From a virus, in the IMG/VR virus record IMGVR_UViG_3300028029_000006, positions 184,236 to 248,235 of that record: 64,000 nucleotides of DNA. One strand, given 5' to 3'. The notes beneath the pieces are model-generated. The model saw nothing but the letters and a program-made list of their open reading frames with translations, was not told the origin of the DNA and did no database searches. Positions 30,280 through 39,472 of this stretch are shown in pieces. The number at the start of each line of letters is the position of its first letter. Position 1 is the first letter of the stretch. The position numbers were made by a program, and so were the translations under genes.

Positions 30280-30295
30280 TGGCACGGTCGGTGCA
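30280..30295 (+). promoter_or_regulatory. sigma54-type promoter candidate 3
   Basis: TGGCACGGTCGGTGCA, GG-N10-GC. Confidence 0.62.
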
Positions 30296-30312
30296 TTGTC
30301 CCAAGTCGAGGT

Positions 30313-30353
30313 CAGTAGGTAGCTGGCAAGTTCGATTCTTGCCCTACTTCCCA
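30313..30353 (+). ncRNA. tRNA minihelix-like element (acceptor + T-arm + CCA)
   Basis: AGTAGG/CCTACT stem, GCAAG-TTCGATT-CTTGC T-arm, ends C-CCA. Confidence 0.55.
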
Positions 30354-31030
30354 AGGGACAATGGTGTTCCACATTGTAACCACAACTCCCACAAGGTAGG
30401 GTCATGCGTTTTATCCAGCTGTACTAGGTGCGGCACCCACTAGGGTTTCAGTTATTCCAAAACAAGTCAAGATCTCACTATTCAACGTGGGATGGTTTCG
30501 CAAGCCATGATGCCGCAAGGTCAAGTTGCCAGAGTTAACACTGTCAATCTCGTAATGGGTTGTCACACTAATACTCTCAAACGTTTTTCTTCCGCTAGTG
30601 CGTAGCCAAAGTGGCCAAACTAGGTTGATGTAATTATCAGCGAAGTTGGAAGCGACTAAGTTTTATACGCTTAGCGTTTGAAGTTTTAGAAAGGTGTTCC
30701 GAACCATACCAACGGCTTGGGTGACTCGCTAGTTCTTTGACAATTGAATCATGCAGTGAGTAGGTTAACCGCCTAAGTTCTAATCTTCCTAAGGGAAGCA
30801 CCAAGAATCAAACGGTTAACATTGGGACCGGTATCGGTAAGTCCCCTACAATATTGTTAGTCACTTCTGTATGATCGATGCGTAGGTTAGTTACCTACAT
30901 TGACTCACACGCTCCACAGTTGGGCCAATAAACGGTTATGATAACCTGGTAGGGTTGTTGTGATTATGGTACGAGTGCAACTCTCGTTTGCGTGTGCTGA
31001 CTCATTCACAATTAAGTGTTCGAGTTTAAA
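30354..31030 (+). ncRNA. long structured leader / putative large ncRNA
   Basis: No credible ORF; nested stems and GCAA loops. Confidence 0.5.
30732..30743 (+). promoter_or_regulatory. rrn-type boxA antitermination element
   Basis: GTTCTTTGACAA matches the boxA consensus; lies between structured domains. Confidence 0.55.
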
Positions 31031-31056
31031 CAACAATTCTAAAGAAAGATAATATC

Positions 31057-31329
31057 ATGGCCCGTACAGCAACAACGATTGACAGTGTCCGTAACTTATT
31101 CAACGAAGTCGCACCTAACTTCGAACAGTTTGATGGTGCAACTCTACTTCCGATGAGTAATAATAAGTGTGCTATTCTCAAAGATGGCAAACTTGAAGAG
31201 TACTCATGTTCTTCATTGAAGGCAAGTTTGGAGTTTATCAAGAATCATCTAATGGTTCCGAAAGTTGAATCTGATTATGATTCATCTGATGTTGCTCCAA
31301 TCTCAAGCCCACTTTCTGCTGTTGGTTGA
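31057..31329 (+). CDS. hypothetical protein, first gene of the plus-strand arm
   Basis: AGAAAG upstream of ATG. Confidence 0.7.
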   Translation: MARTATTIDSVRNLFNEVAPNFEQFDGATLLPMSNNKCAILKDGKLEEYSCSSLKASLEFIKNHLMVPKVESDYDSSDVAPISSPLSAVG

Positions 31330-31338
31330 ATTCTAAAA

Positions 31339-31391
31339 AGGTGAGGTGACATAGGCTCACAATGTAGGTTCGACTCCTACCTCACTTTCCA
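31339..31391 (+). ncRNA. anticodon-less tRNA-like RNA
   Basis: 7-bp acceptor AGGTGAG/CTCACTT, one GG-loop hairpin, T-arm GTAGG-TTCGACT-CCTAC, T-CCA. Confidence 0.65.
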
Positions 31392-31422
31392 ATATATCTA
31401 ACCCTAACAGAAGGCACGATTC

Positions 31423-31644
31423 ATGCCAAAAGAGAACGAGAACGACTACGACACGATCAAGCGCGAAGCGCAATTCAAGGCTGACAAGCATGGCTTGTAC
31501 TACCGCATTGAGAAAAGCATGTTTGGGGAATGGGTGTGCCACGCCGTACCATGGCCAAAGAACCAGCACGGTCGAGATCTTGTTGGGGAGCTAGTTAGTC
31601 CTAGCACGTATGTGGAATCCCACTATGCACGGCCATGGTTGTAA
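31423..31644 (+). CDS. hypothetical protein
   Basis: ORF with RBS-like GAAGG. Confidence 0.55.
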   Translation: MPKENENDYDTIKREAQFKADKHGLYYRIEKSMFGEWVCHAVPWPKNQHGRDLVGELVSPSTYVESHYARPWL

Positions 31645-31930
31645 GTGTTCCACATGTGTCGAATCTTTTGACAATGGTAAACGGTTGTATACAGCTGGTT
31701 GCAATTGCAATCATTGTTGGTGGCCAACGCTGGGGAAGGAATCATTGGACATTACCCAACCCGAGTCGTGTCTTTTTGATAAGGGGAAAGTTCAATGAAA
31801 GAATTGAATATCGAATGGTATATAAACTCTTTACTTAATTCCAACGATGTGGATGACATGTTTGATTCGAATGATTCGGATGACATGTTTGATCAATCAA
31901 TTGATTGCGAACGAGATTGCGAGGTTGTTT

Positions 31931-32164
31931 ATGATTATCGAAACCTATAACCGAGAAGATCTTGAAACGAAGCGTGAGCTATTGCCCTGGCAAAAGTTGG
32001 GGCTTTCGTATACAAGTACGGGTTATGGTAAAAAGATACCAACTCCGACCATGGTACGTTTGCCAGGATCACCCCGTTGGCGAAGAGTATATTGTTGCAT
32101 CTTTAGCAACATGGGCACTTGTTATGTTCAAGCCCCAAAGGGTAATTGGATTGTCATTTATTAA
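31931..32164 (+). CDS. conserved phage hypothetical protein
   Basis: GYGKKIPT..WRRVY..SN.GT motif; GAGG RBS. Confidence 0.65.
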   Translation: MIIETYNREDLETKRELLPWQKLGLSYTSTGYGKKIPTPTMVRLPGSPRWRRVYCCIFSNMGTCYVQAPKGNWIVIY

Positions 32165-32181
32165 TTGAAGGAGAAAGTTTC

Positions 32182-32403
32182 ATGTCAGAAGTTATCAAAG
32201 TAAACGAAGTAAAAGAGATGCTTATCACTCGTGATGGTAGCAATTATAAAGCTATCTTGACTTGGAGCGAACCAACTTTTGCTGTTCTTTTTATTAAGAA
32301 CGGTGCTCAAGTTGGTGACTTTCATTATACTGAAGATGAAAGAAAGTTGGCCGATGGTCATGCGGAAGGTTTCCTTTTGGGAAAAAGATGTTGGGAAGAT
32401 TAA
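32182..32403 (+). CDS. hypothetical protein
   Basis: AAGGAGAAAG RBS. Confidence 0.6.
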   Translation: MSEVIKVNEVKEMLITRDGSNYKAILTWSEPTFAVLFIKNGAQVGDFHYTEDERKLADGHAEGFLLGKRCWED

Positions 32404-32432
32404 ACAATATTTCGCAGAACGCCATATCATTA

Positions 32433-32493
32433 AAACATAATGGTTGTGTCTACATGTGTGGATGTGCAAGTTCGATTCTTGTAATGTTTTCAA
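32433..32493 (+). ncRNA. anticodon-less tRNA-like RNA, copy A
   Basis: AAACAT/ATGTTT acceptor, AATGGTT loop, hairpin, GCAAG-TTCGATT-CTTGT. Confidence 0.6.
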
Positions 32494-32526
32494 AGTTGTT
32501 GAAACAATTCACGAAAGGAATTACGT

Positions 32527-33012
32527 ATGTATACAATTCAGATTCTCAAAGGCGGAGTAGCCAAACGCAATCGGGTATTGTCTTATCTTTTGATGCGAAT
32601 GGCAAAAGAAGGCAAGTTCACAGCTAATGTGTTTCATGCTACAGACAAGCGATTGCCTAGCATTCATATTAAGCTAGTTCGTTTGACGAAAGCAAAACCC
32701 TATTGTGGTCAACATCCTGGTGAATGTTTGATCAACCCATTCTTTGGGCCGCAAAAAAAACAAGTAAACAAGTACTTGGAATGGGAGGATTGGATTAAGT
32801 TTCATGCATTCGTAAACCGAGTGTTGAATCGATTCCGAACTCATGCTGATGTGTGGAGTAATCCGCCAGATGCAAAAGGTAAGATGTGGATTCGCAAAGG
32901 AGTGAAACCACGAATCAATTGGGATTGGACGGACACATGGGTGTCTGGTCAAAGGGTTCAACTTTGGAACCAAGGAACGATTGATCAATTCATGTCAGGA
33001 GCAAACCCATAA
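32527..33012 (+). CDS. hypothetical protein
   Basis: GAAAGGA RBS. Confidence 0.7.
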   Translation: MYTIQILKGGVAKRNRVLSYLLMRMAKEGKFTANVFHATDKRLPSIHIKLVRLTKAKPYCGQHPGECLINPFFGPQKKQVNKYLEWEDWIKFHAFVNRVLNRFRTHADVWSNPPDAKGKMWIRKGVKPRINWDWTDTWVSGQRVQLWNQGTIDQFMSGANP

Positions 33013-33250
33013 GGTGTACAATCGTTCTGATATAGTCGATGCTTATTACTGGTACTTTTTACAGTATCATGGTGGGCAAAACTCACATGAATATAAACGT
33101 TTATGTAAGTTGTTAACATATTACAGTCCAAGTCACAGCATGCAGTTTGGCAAGTTATCTTTTAATGCTTGGGGTATCTATGATGGTATTCTTAAGCGTG
33201 AGGGAATTGTTGAATCGCAAGCTGACATTGACTCAAGGGAGCATGAATGA
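32981..33250 (+). CDS. hypothetical protein
   Basis: YHGGQNS..Y.RL phage-type motif. Confidence 0.55.
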   Translation: MINSCQEQTHKVYNRSDIVDAYYWYFLQYHGGQNSHEYKRLCKLLTYYSPSHSMQFGKLSFNAWGIYDGILKREGIVESQADIDSREHE

Positions 33251-33432
33251 ATTATCAAGAACTAATCAATCAAAGTTTGGCGGCAAAGGGAAAAGTCATT
33301 GAAGCGAAAGATGACCAAGTTCTTAGTACTAATCTTAATGCCATGTGTACTCATGCGTCATGGTGTAGGGGTTACTCACTTTACTCTGGAGAAGAAAACG
33401 GAAAGGTTTGGAAAGTCAAACTAACCTTTTGA
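33247..33432 (+). CDS. hypothetical protein
   Basis: ATGA coupling. Confidence 0.55.
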   Translation: MNYQELINQSLAAKGKVIEAKDDQVLSTNLNAMCTHASWCRGYSLYSGEENGKVWKVKLTF

Positions 33433-33628
33433 TTATCATGAACAAAAAAAAGATTGACTACACACGATTTCAACATGCCCTTGGTTATTCTATTGGTGGC
33501 ATGATTGTTTCAATAATTCATCCTAGATTTTTCGATGGTTGTTTTTTGATGATGCTGGTAATGTTGACTCGATGCGGTGCCAATATTATCTATCAAGCCA
33601 TTGAACGTTTGCGAGAAGAGTAAAAGCA

Positions 33629-33925
33629 ATGCAATCAAAAGTTGTAATGATTAATTGGGAAAGTGATCAAACAGGTATCTGTGGTGAGAATTCTTTGGAG
33701 GAAAAGTTTCCTTCTGCTTTTTCTGCTTTGCCCGAACCATATCAAAACGATAATTGTTTGAACTATTACAGCAAAACCGGTGTGTTGTATTGTTGCCCTC
33801 AAAAAAGCGAACAAGCTGCTTTGGGTGTTTGGATATGTTTCTTTAATGAAGCCACTTGTTCATGGGAAGATGAAAACAAAAACAATGTTGATGCGAACTG
33901 TAAAAGTAACAAGTCCTTATGGTAA
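33629..33925 (+). CDS. hypothetical protein, paralog of 39472..39750
   Basis: INW.SDQTG..NSLEEK..ALPE.YQNDNCL shared. Confidence 0.7.
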   Translation: MQSKVVMINWESDQTGICGENSLEEKFPSAFSALPEPYQNDNCLNYYSKTGVLYCCPQKSEQAALGVWICFFNEATCSWEDENKNNVDANCKSNKSLW

Positions 33926-33996
33926 GGGAAGGATTCGTGAATTGTTGGCCGACTTTAAACCATACCATTTGATTTAACAATTAGTTAGGAAAAACA

Positions 33997-34431
33997 ATGC
34001 GACCGAAAATTGTGATGAGGTTTGGTGATGCGGATCCAATTGAACATGGTGGTGGAGTTGTTTGGTATGCTGGCGATTATTGGATTATTCAATTCACTTA
34101 CGGAATTGAGCATGATGCTGAGGCAAAAGGAATTCCAGCGTCTGAACATAAGCCAGATAAATTGATTGTTTACACTGTTTATATAAACCCAGTTGAGTCA
34201 TTGTCGGACCAACTTAATTTAAGTGAATGTGAACCAAACTTATTGTTTGATAATTTTGGGAAGAAAACTAAGTCATCAGTTAAAAAGCTGGCATGTTTGA
34301 ATATGGCCAAAAGTATTAAAATCATTGAAAAGATTGGAACGCTTTTTGGTTGGGATTCATTGAATAAACATCCTGCTTTAGTGAGGGTTTCCGAGCTTGA
34401 CGAATCATGGTTTGGGGAAGAAAAAGAATGA
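33997..34431 (+). CDS. hypothetical protein, paralog of 38927..39472
   Basis: KI.MRFG...G.GVV shared. Confidence 0.65.
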   Translation: MRPKIVMRFGDADPIEHGGGVVWYAGDYWIIQFTYGIEHDAEAKGIPASEHKPDKLIVYTVYINPVESLSDQLNLSECEPNLLFDNFGKKTKSSVKKLACLNMAKSIKIIEKIGTLFGWDSLNKHPALVRVSELDESWFGEEKE

Positions 34432-34510
34432 AGCAATTTATTAATGGTTCTTTGATGTTTTGTCTTGTTTGCACATTGCAAGCATTCATTTCTGTATGTT
34501 GAGATGGTTT

Positions 34511-34565
34511 AAACATAATGGTTATGCATATATGCATGTAAGTTCGATTCTTGCGATGTTTTCAA
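34511..34565 (+). ncRNA. anticodon-less tRNA-like RNA, copy B
   Basis: Homolog of 32433 with compensatory T-stem GTAAG/CTTGC and a different hairpin. Confidence 0.6.
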
Positions 34566-34651
34566 AGGTAGAAACAATTCAAATGTCAACATTGACACTT
34601 TTTTCTTTGACATACTTATTATATAACTATACATTGTAAAAATGTTACAAA

Positions 34652-34735
34652 GGCCAAGTGATGAAACTGGTAAACATAAAGAGCTTAAAACTCTTGGGAC
34701 GCAAGTCCTTATGGGTTCGAGTCCCATCTTGGCTA
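34652..34735 (+). tRNA. trnL: tRNA-Leu(TAA), long variable arm
   Basis: Cloverleaf; AAGAG-CT TAA AA-CTCTT; GGAC-GCAA-GTCC variable arm. Confidence 0.9.
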
Positions 34736-34775
34736 CAAATTAAAGCAAATAAACCAGTAACTAAAGGTAAACAAA

Positions 34776-35126
34776 ATGTGGTATAATTGCAAGTCAGTAA
34801 GTTCAAGTGGAATTATTTCATTCATGTGGAATGAGGAGCATGATTTTTGTCTTCTAAAAGAAAGTCAAAAAGTTCTCAGTTCACTTAGTGGTTCTATTGA
34901 AGGAGTAAGAATATTTGAAGATCATAAGTTTTTAGAAATATCAACTTATGATGGCCACACTGGTTACGATGAACTTTTTGAATTTTACATTTATGAGTGT
35001 AAAGAAGCTAATGTGACTGAATGTAAGATTGCTGAAGAGGAACGTCTTTTAATTGAAAAAATTGAGAAGAAACTGAAAGAGAAAGAAGAAACTGAAAGAA
35101 TTCGCTCAAAAAGGAAAAAAAACTAA
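34776..35126 (+). CDS. hypothetical protein, paralog of 44617..44877
   Basis: WY.CK..I.SF.W..RIF shared. Confidence 0.65.
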   Translation: MWYNCKSVSSSGIISFMWNEEHDFCLLKESQKVLSSLSGSIEGVRIFEDHKFLEISTYDGHTGYDELFEFYIYECKEANVTECKIAEEERLLIEKIEKKLKEKEETERIRSKRKKN

Positions 35127-35211
35127 CAGAAAATGGTATGACGATGGTAAAAACCATCGAAGTAATACGCCAGCAGTAGATATTTCATAAAGATCTATCA
35201 ATAAGGTAGTT

Positions 35212-36564
35212 ATGCAAACAGACAAAGAGTTAAAGACACGTTTGGCAGAGATCAAAGAGCAACGGATTGGTGGTTCGATTGATGCGAATGAGGCCAAGTT
35301 GATGCGAGAAGATGCTTTTCTTGAAAGGAAGGCAGGTCGAGAAGGCCAAGAATGGCAGAATCACAAGAAATCGACATTGCCAACGCAACCAATTTGGAAG
35401 GGTGAGGTATTGGGTTCGGTCAATCCCAAGGAGAAGTTGTTCTTTGATTGTTTGAAACTTCTTAATCTTCTTTTGAAGTCTGGAGTTCGGGATTCGGTTT
35501 CTGGGTCACCCCGAATCAAACATATTCCTGCAACGAGTAAGAAGCAGGCTGGCAAAAAAGTCAGTATTAAGCGAATTAAGAAGGTAAATTACGATGTTCG
35601 CATTCCTGACGGTCATCATATCTTGTTTGCATTGATGCCAAAGAAGGACGGAACTGGGATTCATTCTGAGAAACATGAAGTTTTCAACCCCAACAATTCT
35701 TCTGATCCATTGTTTGCAGCTTACCGAAGGGCAAATCTACTTGAATCTAGCGGTTGGATGTGTGCGATTCTTCGTACTCCTATAAATGGCGAAGCGCCCA
35801 AGGCTGGATGGGGTCCAAAGGATCAAAGTTTGGTTAAGCCTGGGGGTATGATTTGCCGACCTAAAGAGCAGGCGTTGTTTGGTTTGCATAATAAGTTGGC
35901 TGGTCATAAAGCGAAGGGTTCATTGATCAAAGACAGTGAGAGTATGCGTGATTTGATGATTGAGTGTCGCAGGTTGTTGGTTGATGATCGTTACATTGGC
36001 GATGTTGATCTACCTCTTCCTGAGATTGACGGATTGATTGTGTACAATGTTGTATTGGTTGGTCCTATTGTGACTGGGCAGAATGAATTTGAGGATGATG
36101 TATGTATGAATACATTTACTCGGAAAGCTCGTCCTGCGACTAATGTTATTAACAAGGATGGTGCAACAATTCTTGGAAGTGGCCCGAGAATTCGGGCTGA
36201 GCAGATTGCATTGGATATTGGATTGGGCCGAAACGGAACTGTAACTGCACATAGTGTAAGTTATGATTGTCCTGAATTGGGCGAGGTTGTCTTGGTAACT
36301 CGTGGCGAGGCAATCATGAATTTGGCTGAAGAGATTGAGCCAATGACCTTTTTTGAAGGTGGCGAGATTATGGATCTTATTGAATGGGAAGATATGGCGG
36401 TTGATGATCGAATTAAGGCGAGTCGGGGCGAGTTGCCACCACCGCGAGATGTTCAGCAGGTATGTCATCAGCGACAAACGAATGTAAATGGTCCGTGGAT
36501 GAAAGCAAAGGATAGCCGAAAAGGAGGAACTTGGGCAAGGCGAGCTAATTCTCAGGGGTTGTAA
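35212..36564 (+). CDS. large hypothetical protein
   Basis: 450-aa ORF, no recognised motif. Confidence 0.75.
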   Translation: MQTDKELKTRLAEIKEQRIGGSIDANEAKLMREDAFLERKAGREGQEWQNHKKSTLPTQPIWKGEVLGSVNPKEKLFFDCLKLLNLLLKSGVRDSVSGSPRIKHIPATSKKQAGKKVSIKRIKKVNYDVRIPDGHHILFALMPKKDGTGIHSEKHEVFNPNNSSDPLFAAYRRANLLESSGWMCAILRTPINGEAPKAGWGPKDQSLVKPGGMICRPKEQALFGLHNKLAGHKAKGSLIKDSESMRDLMIECRRLLVDDRYIGDVDLPLPEIDGLIVYNVVLVGPIVTGQNEFEDDVCMNTFTRKARPATNVINKDGATILGSGPRIRAEQIALDIGLGRNGTVTAHSVSYDCPELGEVVLVTRGEAIMNLAEEIEPMTFFEGGEIMDLIEWEDMAVDDRIKASRGELPPPRDVQQVCHQRQTNVNGPWMKAKDSRKGGTWARRANSQGL

Positions 36565-36589
36565 AAGAGGAAACAAACGGTAGTGATCA

Positions 36590-36967
36590 ATGATTAAAAG
36601 ACTAAGTCTAACCATTATGTTTTTATCTCTGATTGGTTGCGGAGATTTAAAACTAACAACAAATGATTTCATGGTAACCATTCGTACAAAATGTATTGGA
36701 GAAGAGATAGATAAACGAGCTACTTATATTGTTGCTTGTTCAAAAGCTGCTAATCCTATGAGTGATGAAGAAGAGGAAGATTTGGTTTCAATGTGTAATC
36801 ATACTTCTAAGTTCATCTGTTCAGATCAATGGGTAGTTGCTAAACACCCAACGTCAATGCACCAACCATTTCCTTGTTTTAATGTTCTTGGAATAGCTCG
36901 TAAAGCATGTTTGGAAAAAGGTTGGAATGGTAAAATAGTAGAAGACCTTATCACAAAGAAAAAATAA
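36590..36967 (+). CDS. Cys-rich lipoprotein
   Basis: LIGC lipobox. Confidence 0.65.
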   Translation: MIKRLSLTIMFLSLIGCGDLKLTTNDFMVTIRTKCIGEEIDKRATYIVACSKAANPMSDEEEEDLVSMCNHTSKFICSDQWVVAKHPTSMHQPFPCFNVLGIARKACLEKGWNGKIVEDLITKKK

Positions 36968-37059
36968 TTGATATGCGACTTTAAACTGAAATTATCGATA
37001 AAAACCAAACTTGCCATCTTGGCATTCAAAGATACAAGTTAGTTTACAGGATTGTTGAT

Positions 37060-37275
37060 TTGAAAGGTGATTTGATTCACGAACGAGTATGGTGGGAAGG
37101 ATCATTGGAATTGGTTCGAACTATTGAAGGAGCCATGGTTCTTTTGGGAAAAAAGAAAGTTGAATCAATCTTTGAATCTTGTAAAATTGATTGCCCAGAG
37201 AATAAAGATTTCATTGCTGCTTTGGGAAAGAGCATGAAGAAAGATCATGAAGATTTTGAAAAAAAAATAGGATGA
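37060..37275 (+). CDS. hypothetical protein
   Basis: ORF; start uncertain. Confidence 0.45.
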   Translation: MKGDLIHERVWWEGSLELVRTIEGAMVLLGKKKVESIFESCKIDCPENKDFIAALGKSMKKDHEDFEKKIG

Positions 37276-37282
37276 CAGACTG

Positions 37283-37501
37283 ATGAGTATTGCAGTAAAA
37301 TTAAACAATGCGCTTGGAGCTTTGGCAATGGGTCAGAGCAAGGATTTAATTAATGCCATTAAGTTGGCCCGAAGGTTTAAGAGTTGGAATAACTGGCAGA
37401 AAAACAATATTGGCAAGGTGATTTCAATCTTAACAGATCGAAAGCATATGAGCATGCAAGTACGTGGAAATCTTGCTTTCGAAACCTTTATTGGGATTTA
37501 A
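37283..37501 (+). CDS. hypothetical protein
   Basis: Operonic ORF. Confidence 0.55.
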   Translation: MSIAVKLNNALGALAMGQSKDLINAIKLARRFKSWNNWQKNNIGKVISILTDRKHMSMQVRGNLAFETFIGI

Positions 37502-37506
37502 ACATT

Positions 37507-37716
37507 ATGAAACTATGTGATAAAAACTGTGGTAAAACTGATATCTCTGGTTTCCCGGAAGAAATTGGTTCTTTAATTGAAATTACCAGATTTGGTACTG
37601 ATTCTTTCATAGTTGAGATTTCGAGTGAATCTGGTGATGATAGAATGCAAGCAGTTCTAACCAAGGAAGATTGTTTGGCATTGGGGACTTTGCTTCTTAG
37701 CTTTGCCAATCAATAG
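37507..37716 (+). CDS. hypothetical protein
   Basis: Operonic ORF. Confidence 0.55.
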   Translation: MKLCDKNCGKTDISGFPEEIGSLIEITRFGTDSFIVEISSESGDDRMQAVLTKEDCLALGTLLLSFANQ

Positions 37717-37772
37717 AAAGAGCATCTGCCTACTGGTTTGATTTAAGAAAGAATATTATGAATAATTCTCGT

Positions 37773-38101
37773 GGGCCTCCGGGTATATAGTTATAAATAT
37801 ATAGATAACTAGCTAAAGAAAAGTTAAACCTAATAAATGAGTTAATCTAAATGAGTGTAAACCATGAATAACAGTCGCGGTCCTCCGAGTTAAATTAATA
37901 TGCATAATTAACCTGGACAAGTTATAAAACTGTCCTCAATGTCTCCTTATGGTGGGAGTTGACGCAACCAAGTTGCGAAATAATATTTAAAGACATGGGC
38001 ATTAGCTGGAGAATATGTTAATGTTCATGAAAATGTTGGTTCATTTTTTATTATAGTAGTAACTGTTGACTTCGGAGGTTCAATTCCTCTGGGAGGCTCA
38101 A
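37773..38101 (+). ncRNA. ~330-nt RNA closed by a tRNA-like acceptor/T-arm (tmRNA-like architecture)
   Basis: GGGCCTCC (37773) pairs with GGAGGCTC (38092-99); T-arm GGAGG-TTCAATT-CCTCT; internal hairpins. Confidence 0.45.
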
Positions 38102-38127
38102 GAAAGAAGGTAATTATTAAAAGTGTA

Positions 38128-38511
38128 ATGGAAATAAACTGTTTTGGCAATAAATATTGGAAATTACCAAACGGAGATTTACATAGAGGTAATGACTTAC
38201 CAGCTGTTGAACGTAAAAGTGGAGATAAAGAGTGGTATGTAAATGGGAAACATCATAGAGAGAATAACAAACCAGCTATTGAATATAAAAATGGAGAAAA
38301 GTTTTGGTATGTAAATGGGAAGCCTCATAGAACTGATGGTGCAGCATTTGAAAATGCAAGTGGTCATAAATTATGGTATCTTGAAGGTATTCGTTATTCT
38401 GAAGAAGAGTACAACGAGAAAGTAAAAGGGTATAAATCTGAAGGAACTGAAGAAAACAATTCATATTCTCAAGGGCATATTGATGGTCATTCAGGATTGA
38501 TGTGGTTATGA
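38128..38511 (+). CDS. HRENDLPA-repeat protein with SGLMWL tail
   Basis: Three repeats; 5' part near-identical to 56278. Confidence 0.82.
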   Translation: MEINCFGNKYWKLPNGDLHRGNDLPAVERKSGDKEWYVNGKHHRENNKPAIEYKNGEKFWYVNGKPHRTDGAAFENASGHKLWYLEGIRYSEEEYNEKVKGYKSEGTEENNSYSQGHIDGHSGLMWL

Positions 38512-38513
38512 TT

Positions 38514-38840
38514 ATGAAGAGTATACTGGTAATAGACGGTTGGGGTGATAAGCGTTGGAAATTACCTAATGGTAAACTTCACAGAGAGGGCGATTTACCG
38601 GCTTATATTAGTTTAAACGGGTATAAATCTTGGTATATTAATGGTAAGTTACATCGAGAGAATGATAAGCCAGCTATTAAACAAATAAATGGAACTAAAA
38701 TTTGGTATCTAAATGGTAACCTTCATAGAATTGAAGGTGCAGCTGTTGAGTTAGTTGATGGTCGTAAATATTGGTATCTTGAAGGTTTTAAATATTCTGA
38801 AGAAGAGTATAACGAAAAGTTAAGCGGTTATTGCAATTAA
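38514..38840 (+). CDS. HRENDLPA-repeat protein
   Basis: Three repeats. Confidence 0.8.
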   Translation: MKSILVIDGWGDKRWKLPNGKLHREGDLPAYISLNGYKSWYINGKLHRENDKPAIKQINGTKIWYLNGNLHRIEGAAVELVDGRKYWYLEGFKYSEEEYNEKLSGYCN

Positions 38841-38841
38841 A

Positions 38842-38883
38842 GGGACGTAATGTTCTTACGGGGTTCGAATCCCGTCCTGACTA
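38842..38883 (+). pseudogene. 3' half of a tRNA-Leu-like gene
   Basis: Variable arm, T-arm and acceptor strand resemble 34696-34735; no 5' half seen. Confidence 0.6.
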
Positions 38884-38926
38884 CAAGCTTAAACGAATAA
38901 GCTGAATATTTAAAAGGAAAAGAGTT

Positions 38927-39472
38927 ATGTTAAAAATTGATTTGGACAAAAAAGAAGCTGCTGCTGTTATTGAGTTGTTATCAAGAAACAACAAGTTCAA
39001 AACCCCATCAAGTAAAATTATGATGAGGTTTGGAATGTCTCGACCATTGATTGATGGTAGTGGAGTTGTTTTTTATGATAGAACTGTGGAGGGAGATCGT
39101 TGGACCATTAATTATGTTTATGGTTCTTCTGGTTATAGCAATAAAAAATCTAACTTAGATGTTTATTGGATTTCGATTGACCTATCAAAACCAATATGTG
39201 ATCAGCTTGATTGGGTTAACTGGTTAGAGTTAGATTGTTTGGATCAATCTGATTTTTATGCATGTACACGTCCTGCTTGTATTGATATGGAAAGATGTAT
39301 AAAAGTAATCGAAAGAATTTTCGAAAAACAGAAATTATGTCAAGATTACAACAACGGTTTAACGGATAAAGCTCCTCCTCCCAACAAAATCTCTTTTGAA
39401 AGTCACCCAACTTTATCAATTAATGAAAGTTGGGAACTGAACGAATTTGGTGTAAGGAAAGAATTAAGCTAA
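38927..39472 (+). CDS. hypothetical protein
   Basis: Paralog of 33997. Confidence 0.65.
   Translation: MLKIDLDKKEAAAVIELLSRNNKFKTPSSKIMMRFGMSRPLIDGSGVVFYDRTVEGDRWTINYVYGSSGYSNKKSNLDVYWISIDLSKPICDQLDWVNWLELDCLDQSDFYACTRPACIDMERCIKVIERIFEKQKLCQDYNNGLTDKAPPPNKISFESHPTLSINESWELNEFGVRKELS

Noticed and set aside
29192-30443. Short ORFs on both strands in the switch region
   Set aside because: No RBS or motifs; they overlap the regulatory arrays
37785-38070. Group I intron in a tRNA, or tRNA-Sec
   Set aside because: No P7/R-S core motifs and no UCA anticodon arm found
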